Assembly: GCA_963791045.1 (NCBI GenBank)
Contig: CAWBQK010000013.1
Coordinates: 1 to 64,000, forward strand
Origin: Candidatus Latescibacterota bacterium
Lineage (GTDB): Bacteria > Krumholzibacteriota > Krumholzibacteriia > WVZY01
Reading direction: 5' to 3'
DNA: 64,000 nucleotides
In this document: piece after piece, positions 59,331 through 64,000 of the stretch
How the letters are laid out: every line of letters starts with the position of its first letter
Numbering within the stretch: the stretch's first letter is position 1
The notes under the pieces: model-generated
The model's input: only the letters and a program-made list of their open reading frames with translations
Database searches by the model: none
What the model was told of the DNA's origin: nothing
Made by a program: the position numbers and the translations under genes

Positions 59331-62300
59331 TTATTTCACAATCACCCTGTATACCAGCTCGCCCGTCTCCCCAGGCGCTAGAACATAAGCTGAATTTCTG
59401 GAGAAAGTGACGCGAAGGAGCCGCTCGCTCACACTGTACTCGCATTCGTCACCGTCGGCCGGGTCGAGAGTGAGATATTCGACGGGCGCGGCATCTTTGT
59501 GCCACTCGACATCGAGACCCGCGCCAAAAGCGTCGCTCATGGGATCGACGAACGCTGAAACAGCATCGAGTATGAGAACACTCTGGACACTGTCCGCGCC
59601 GGTGTTTGTGTAGGAAATGGTGTAGGTCAAAACATCGCCCGGTTGCGCTTCGTCCAGGTCCACCTGTTTTTGCAGGACGAGCAACCCGACGGTTCCGTCG
59701 ACAACGAGCACGGCATCCGCCGCCTGCGCGGTCGCGACGAGCGGGGTACCTCCGATTGACTGCACCGCGTCGATCAACACCTGATGGGTCGTGCCCGGCG
59801 TCGATGACGTCGGAACAAAAACGCGGAGGAACAAATTCACGTGATCGCGGCCGGCGGTCGGATCCATGTCGAGGTCACCCGGCTGCAACGCGCGATCGGC
59901 GCCATCGAACACACCGTTCCCATTTTCGTCGAGGAGGAACATCGTAACCACGCCGGAGTCCGCCGCGGCGGATAGCACAACGGCTCCGCTCGTCCCCGCG
60001 TCCAGCCGGTGCGGGAAGTCGACATACGACCCCGCGACACCGTTCAGCACGGCGCCGGTAGACAAACGAATTCCAAGAACATCGGCAAAGTTCACAGTCA
60101 GGGTATCCCCCGCGTCGACGGTAGCCGGACCCACCGTATCGGGCGAAATCGAAACGAAACCGGGGAGATTTTGTTCAAACAACGTGATCGGCGCACCGCC
60201 GCCGTTGACAAAGGTAAACCGGCCGTCGCCGCCCGTGACCAGAGTCAACCCGCTGTTGTTCTCGACAACCGTCACCCCACCGATGCCGGCTTCGCCCGGA
60301 TCATAAATGCCGTCGTGATTTTCATCGTCGAACACGATACCCGTCACGACCGCACCCGTCTGCGTCACCAGTCTCACGCTCTCCGGTGAGTTCGGCGGCA
60401 ACGACGAATACGCATTGATGATCGAAGGAAACACTCCCGCCACCGCCGTCACGGGCACCTGAACATCAACAGTAAAATTCAAGGACCCACCCGCGCCGAT
60501 CATGGTCGTCCAGAACGGACCGCTGTAGCTTGCAAAACCGTCACTGAGAACAACGCTCCCCGCGGGCCATCCCGCCGGAAGCTCCCAGTACACGTAAAAC
60601 GAATCGGCAAAGCTTCCAACATTCCGGGCTTCGAGAAGAGCTGAGTAACTCCCGCCGGCATTTGCCGGACGAATGGATTGACCGCCGTCTCCGGTGCCGA
60701 GTTCGCCAAAGATTCCCGACCCGCTGCCGTCGATGATGAGATCGATTCTCGGAGGACCGACCACGGTTATTCTTGCCTCGACGCTTTCGACCACGGTGGG
60801 ATCCGAGTCGGCGACAACGTCGATCACATAAGAGTAGTCGCCGGGGAACGCACCCGAGGGAAGAACAACCTCGAACGTATACAACCCAGTGGCGCCGGCG
60901 GGAATCAAACCGGTCGTGTACGGCGTCGAGCTCGAATTGAGCGCGGCATTCCAGAAGGGAATGTCGTTCCACGTAACCGTGTATTGATCCGGGTCGCCCC
61001 CTTCGTTCTGAAGCTCGAGCGTAAAGTTCAAAACCGACGGCGCCGCCTGCGTCTGAAGCGACAGCCCACCGCCCCCGCTGCCCAACAAACCGAAAACGCC
61101 ATCCCCGTTTCCATCGATCACCGCATCGACAACCGTCACCGGATACACCTGAAGCCGGCCCAACACGCTGTCCATGTAGTATCTGCGATCTGATTTCTCC
61201 GCATCGACGATAATGTCGACCAGACCACCCGTCGCGTCGAGGGGCACTACGGCCTTGAGCTCGTATACGCCTTCGGGATAACCGGCAACGGGCGATGTGC
61301 GGTTATCGAACGTCACGCGCCAACCCGGCGGCGTGTTCCACGAAATGTCGGCCGCGTCCGCGCCGCTTGGATGCAAAAGTTCCACGATGAATGTAACGGA
61401 GTCGCCCGGCGCTACGGTCCGAAGCGAGTTGCCGCCAAGCCCCGTTCCGACCGGCCCAAAAACGCCCTCACCGGACCCATCGATAATCATGTCAACCTGG
61501 CCCTCTTCGGTGATGCTCACCGCGGCCGTGACACTTTCCGACACGCGCGAATCCACGCCCGACTCCGCATGAAGGAATGAACTCCATGTCCCGTTCTTCG
61601 CATTGCCGGGAACGATAATCTTGAGTTCGACACTAAGCTCCCCGTGCGCGGGAATAGTCGCCGTCGTGTATGGGAAGGAGTAATCGACACCGCCGACAAC
61701 AAGGACGGCTTTCCAGTTACCCGTCGGACGATCCCACGTCAGGGTGAAAGCATCGCTCACGCCCGCCTCATTCTGGATCGTTACGGGAAATACAACTTCT
61801 GTGCTTTTCTGGCTGACACTCGAACTCGAACCACCCAATCCCGACTGGGTGTCGTCATAGATACCGTCGCCGTTCGAACCGACGATCATGTCCACTCGCG
61901 GCGCATCGAGTCTCAGTGTGGCTTCGATCGAGTCATTCTTCAACGGGTCCTGGATCACGGCGGCGGCGACAATTGTCGAGTAATCGCCACCCGTCTCCGG
62001 GCTGGGCACAGTGACTTCGAGCGTCATCACGGCAGTCGCGCCGGCGGCCACAATCTGTGTGGTAAACGGCGACGAATAGGTCGCGCCCGCATAAACGATT
62101 TCCGAAACCGCGCCGGGGTCGGCCGCCCAGGTCACATCAAAAGTGGCCGGCGCCATTCCCGTATTCCTCAACTCGATCGCATAGCTCACCGTGTTGTTCC
62201 ACACGTCGGTTTGTATCGAGAATCCGCCCGCGCCGTCATCACCAACCACACCAAACCCGTTCCCCTCGACGGCCATATCGGCGCCATAAGTGGCGAGCAG

Positions 62301-63344
62301 CACATCGGCGCCCAGATGCACGCTGTCGTACCGGTTGCCGAACGTTGCACTGGCAGCGTCGAGCGTGACACCATAGCTTCCCGCCGCCGCGCCGACAGGC
62401 GCGACCACAACAACGCGGTAGTCCGCCGTCTCACCGGGCGAGAGAGTCCCGGTTGTGAACGGGAACGCGGAGAGGCCGCTACCCGTATCGAGCCACACGT
62501 CCCAACCAGCGGGAGGCGTAACCGAAAGTTCATAAGTGTCCGCGTCAAGACCTTCGTTCTCCACGCGGAGATCATAGAAAATCGTGTCGCCGGGCAAGGC
62601 GCTCCAGATCGAGAATCCGCCCCCACCGGATCCGATCGCGCCGAATTCGTCATTACCGTTTCCATCCACGGCGAGGTCGACAAATTTCCGAAAGATAACC
62701 GACACATCGTCGACATACGACCACGTTTCCCAGAGATGATCGTTGGTATTTGCCTGCTGGAAGTAAACGCGAATCGTCTGCCCCGCATAGGCGGACAAGT
62801 CGAACCCGGCGGGCGCGACGCCATCGTCGCTAAACCATCCGCTGTCCTTGAAAATGTAACTTGGGTCTGTGAACATCAACGACAACACCGACTCCAGCGT
62901 GTTGTTCGCCGTGTCCCTGATCTCGGCGTCGAACGGATCGTACGGGTCCGTGTCATAACCCTGCTGCCGGACCTGGTAGGACAACGTGGCGATGGAGATG
63001 TCCGCCGGAATCGTGACGTCCTGATACATAAAGCCGACGGCGCTCTTACGTTCGCGCGAGTACTTGAATCCCAGCCGCGCCGAGTAGCTGCCCGTGTAAG
63101 GCATGTCGGGAACAACGAGATGATCGGCAAGCGCAGGATTGAAATTGGTCCCGCGGAATGCGCCGTGAACCCAGTACGGCCCGAAGTCGCCGGTCTCGAA
63201 TGACCCGTTCTGGATTAGCTCTCCCGCGAACGCGACATGGGGAATCAGAACCAGCCCGATGATCACGAGACACACGGCGGCGCACACGATTCCGGAGTTT
63301 CCACTCCGGCGCTCCACGCCGTTTACTGCCGTTGAAATATTCAT
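59331..63344 (-). CDS. Large secreted/surface protein with six Ig-like repeats, SdrD-B-like and DUF11 domains
   Basis: Signal peptide; NGSFETG module; six D-x-x-[VI]-x-x-[NS]-G repeats; GIVFDDENHDGIYDPGE; KQVD...PGDVLTYTISYTNTG. Confidence 0.85.
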   Translation of the reverse strand: MNISTAVNGVERRSGNSGIVCAAVCLVIIGLVLIPHVAFAGELIQNGSFETGDFGPYWVHGAFRGTNFNPALADHLVVPDMPYTGSYSARLGFKYSRERKSAVGFMYQDVTIPADISIATLSYQVRQQGYDTDPYDPFDAEIRDTANNTLESVLSLMFTDPSYIFKDSGWFSDDGVAPAGFDLSAYAGQTIRVYFQQANTNDHLWETWSYVDDVSVIFRKFVDLAVDGNGNDEFGAIGSGGGGFSIWSALPGDTIFYDLRVENEGLDADTYELSVTPPAGWDVWLDTGSGLSAFPFTTGTLSPGETADYRVVVVAPVGAAAGSYGVTLDAASATFGNRYDSVHLGADVLLATYGADMAVEGNGFGVVGDDGAGGFSIQTDVWNNTVSYAIELRNTGMAPATFDVTWAADPGAVSEIVYAGATYSSPFTTQIVAAGATAVMTLEVTVPSPETGGDYSTIVAAAVIQDPLKNDSIEATLRLDAPRVDMIVGSNGDGIYDDTQSGLGGSSSSVSQKSTEVVFPVTIQNEAGVSDAFTLTWDRPTGNWKAVLVVGGVDYSFPYTTATIPAHGELSVELKIIVPGNAKNGTWSSFLHAESGVDSRVSESVTAAVSITEEGQVDMIIDGSGEGVFGPVGTGLGGNSLRTVAPGDSVTFIVELLHPSGADAADISWNTPPGWRVTFDNRTSPVAGYPEGVYELKAVVPLDATGGLVDIIVDAEKSDRRYYMDSVLGRLQVYPVTVVDAVIDGNGDGVFGLLGSGGGGLSLQTQAAPSVLNFTLELQNEGGDPDQYTVTWNDIPFWNAALNSSSTPYTTGLIPAGATGLYTFEVVLPSGAFPGDYSYVIDVVADSDPTVVESVEARITVVGPPRIDLIIDGSGSGIFGELGTGDGGQSIRPANAGGSYSALLEARNVGSFADSFYVYWELPAGWPAGSVVLSDGFASYSGPFWTTMIGAGGSLNFTVDVQVPVTAVAGVFPSIINAYSSLPPNSPESVRLVTQTGAVVTGIVFDDENHDGIYDPGEAGIGGVTVVENNSGLTLVTGGDGRFTFVNGGGAPITLFEQNLPGFVSISPDTVGPATVDAGDTLTVNFADVLGIRLSTGAVLNGVAGSYVDFPHRLDAGTSGAVVLSAAADSGVVTMFLLDENGNGVFDGADRALQPGDLDMDPTAGRDHVNLFLRVFVPTSSTPGTTHQVLIDAVQSIGGTPLVATAQAADAVLVVDGTVGLLVLQKQVDLDEAQPGDVLTYTISYTNTGADSVQSVLILDAVSAFVDPMSDAFGAGLDVEWHKDAAPVEYLTLDPADGDECEYSVSERLLRVTFSRNSAYVLAPGETGELVYRVIVK

Positions 63345-63345
63345 C

Positions 63346-64000
63346 CTAGAACTTGTAATCATTGAACATCCAGTCAGAGAGAATCAGTTGAACCCTTATG
63401 CCAAATCCTTTTTGCCACGCGTCGTTTTCTGAAAGATCCCGATCTTCGAATCCGCCGACACTGTACCCGGCGCCGATCCTCACGCGATCGAAGAAGAGAT
63501 AACCGAGCTCGGCGCCCGACCCGATCTGCCTCGTCCCAACATCGACCTGCCCGAGGAACCGCACCCACAAATCCACGTCCCAGTTACGGGCAAACCGGAA
63601 CACGTACTGGGACAACAAGAGATAGTTGCGGCTCGTCTCCGAAATTCCCGTGCTGTAATTCTCGACACGTTTCGCGGCGAGTTTGAAACGCAATTCGTGC
63701 GCGTTGTGCGGTATCACGTTGATATCCGTCGACGCGATCAGCTTCCACACGATCGCCTCGGGATCCACCGGCGAGTAGCGGTCGTACTCGGTTCTCAAGA
63801 GGAAGAGAGACCGGAACGGGGTAACCAGCGGGCGGTACACACCGGCGAGCCGGCCGTCCATGCGAAGCGACGTCTCCCGGTCATCGAATGTTGAAATCGA
63901 TATCGCATCTTTAAAAATCACCGACATACCCTTGTCAAATTCTTTTCCCGCATTGAGCTTCAACACATGACGGTTGGACGCCCGCTGCCAGCGGTATTCG
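63346..64000 (-). CDS. C-terminal outer-membrane beta-barrel part of a large protein (5' end outside window)
   Basis: Alternating beta-strand pattern; GAELGY...GAGYSVGGFEDRDL; terminal Phe. Confidence 0.75.
   Translation of the reverse strand, partial: EYRWQRASNRHVLKLNAGKEFDKGMSVIFKDAISISTFDDRETSLRMDGRLAGVYRPLVTPFRSLFLLRTEYDRYSPVDPEAIVWKLIASTDINVIPHNAHELRFKLAAKRVENYSTGISETSRNYLLLSQYVFRFARNWDVDLWVRFLGQVDVGTRQIGSGAELGYLFFDRVRIGAGYSVGGFEDRDLSENDAWQKGFGIRVQLILSDWMFNDYKF

Overview
GC-rich bacterial chromosomal window. It probably comes from an FCB-superphylum lineage such as Krumholzibacteriota, Latescibacterota or Eisenbacteria; this is inferred from four proteins ending in a PNPFNP-type FlgD-Ig domain and two ending in a TWGx[IM]K tail. 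Left to right it holds: (1) the right end of an island integrated at the tmRNA 3' end (DNA methyltransferase, DUF1376-like replication gene, AlpA-like HTH, tyrosine integrase); (2) ssrA; (3) an HNH endonuclease gene with a long conserved leader, with a paralogue at about 55 kb; (4) a four-gene module of anti-sigma, ECF sigma, exported TPR-CHAT protease and a large secreted FG-GAP/DNRLRE protein, where both predicted sigma targets carry the same TGTAACGTTTT-N11-CGAT promoter; (5) housekeeping genes (ssb, tricorn-like protease, trpS, ABC-2 transporter, rdgB, rph, murI, amidase, smpB) and five tRNAs; (6) a TPAT/TRAP transporter; (7) secreted enzymes; (8) a PNAG-like exopolysaccharide operon; (9) a GAF-PP2C phosphatase, nfu/mrp, mscS, a CBS protein and a DUF11 surface-protein cluster. 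Many single-base frameshifts, including some in ordinary genes, suggest long-read indel errors. All calls come from reading motifs by eye; no database searches were run.
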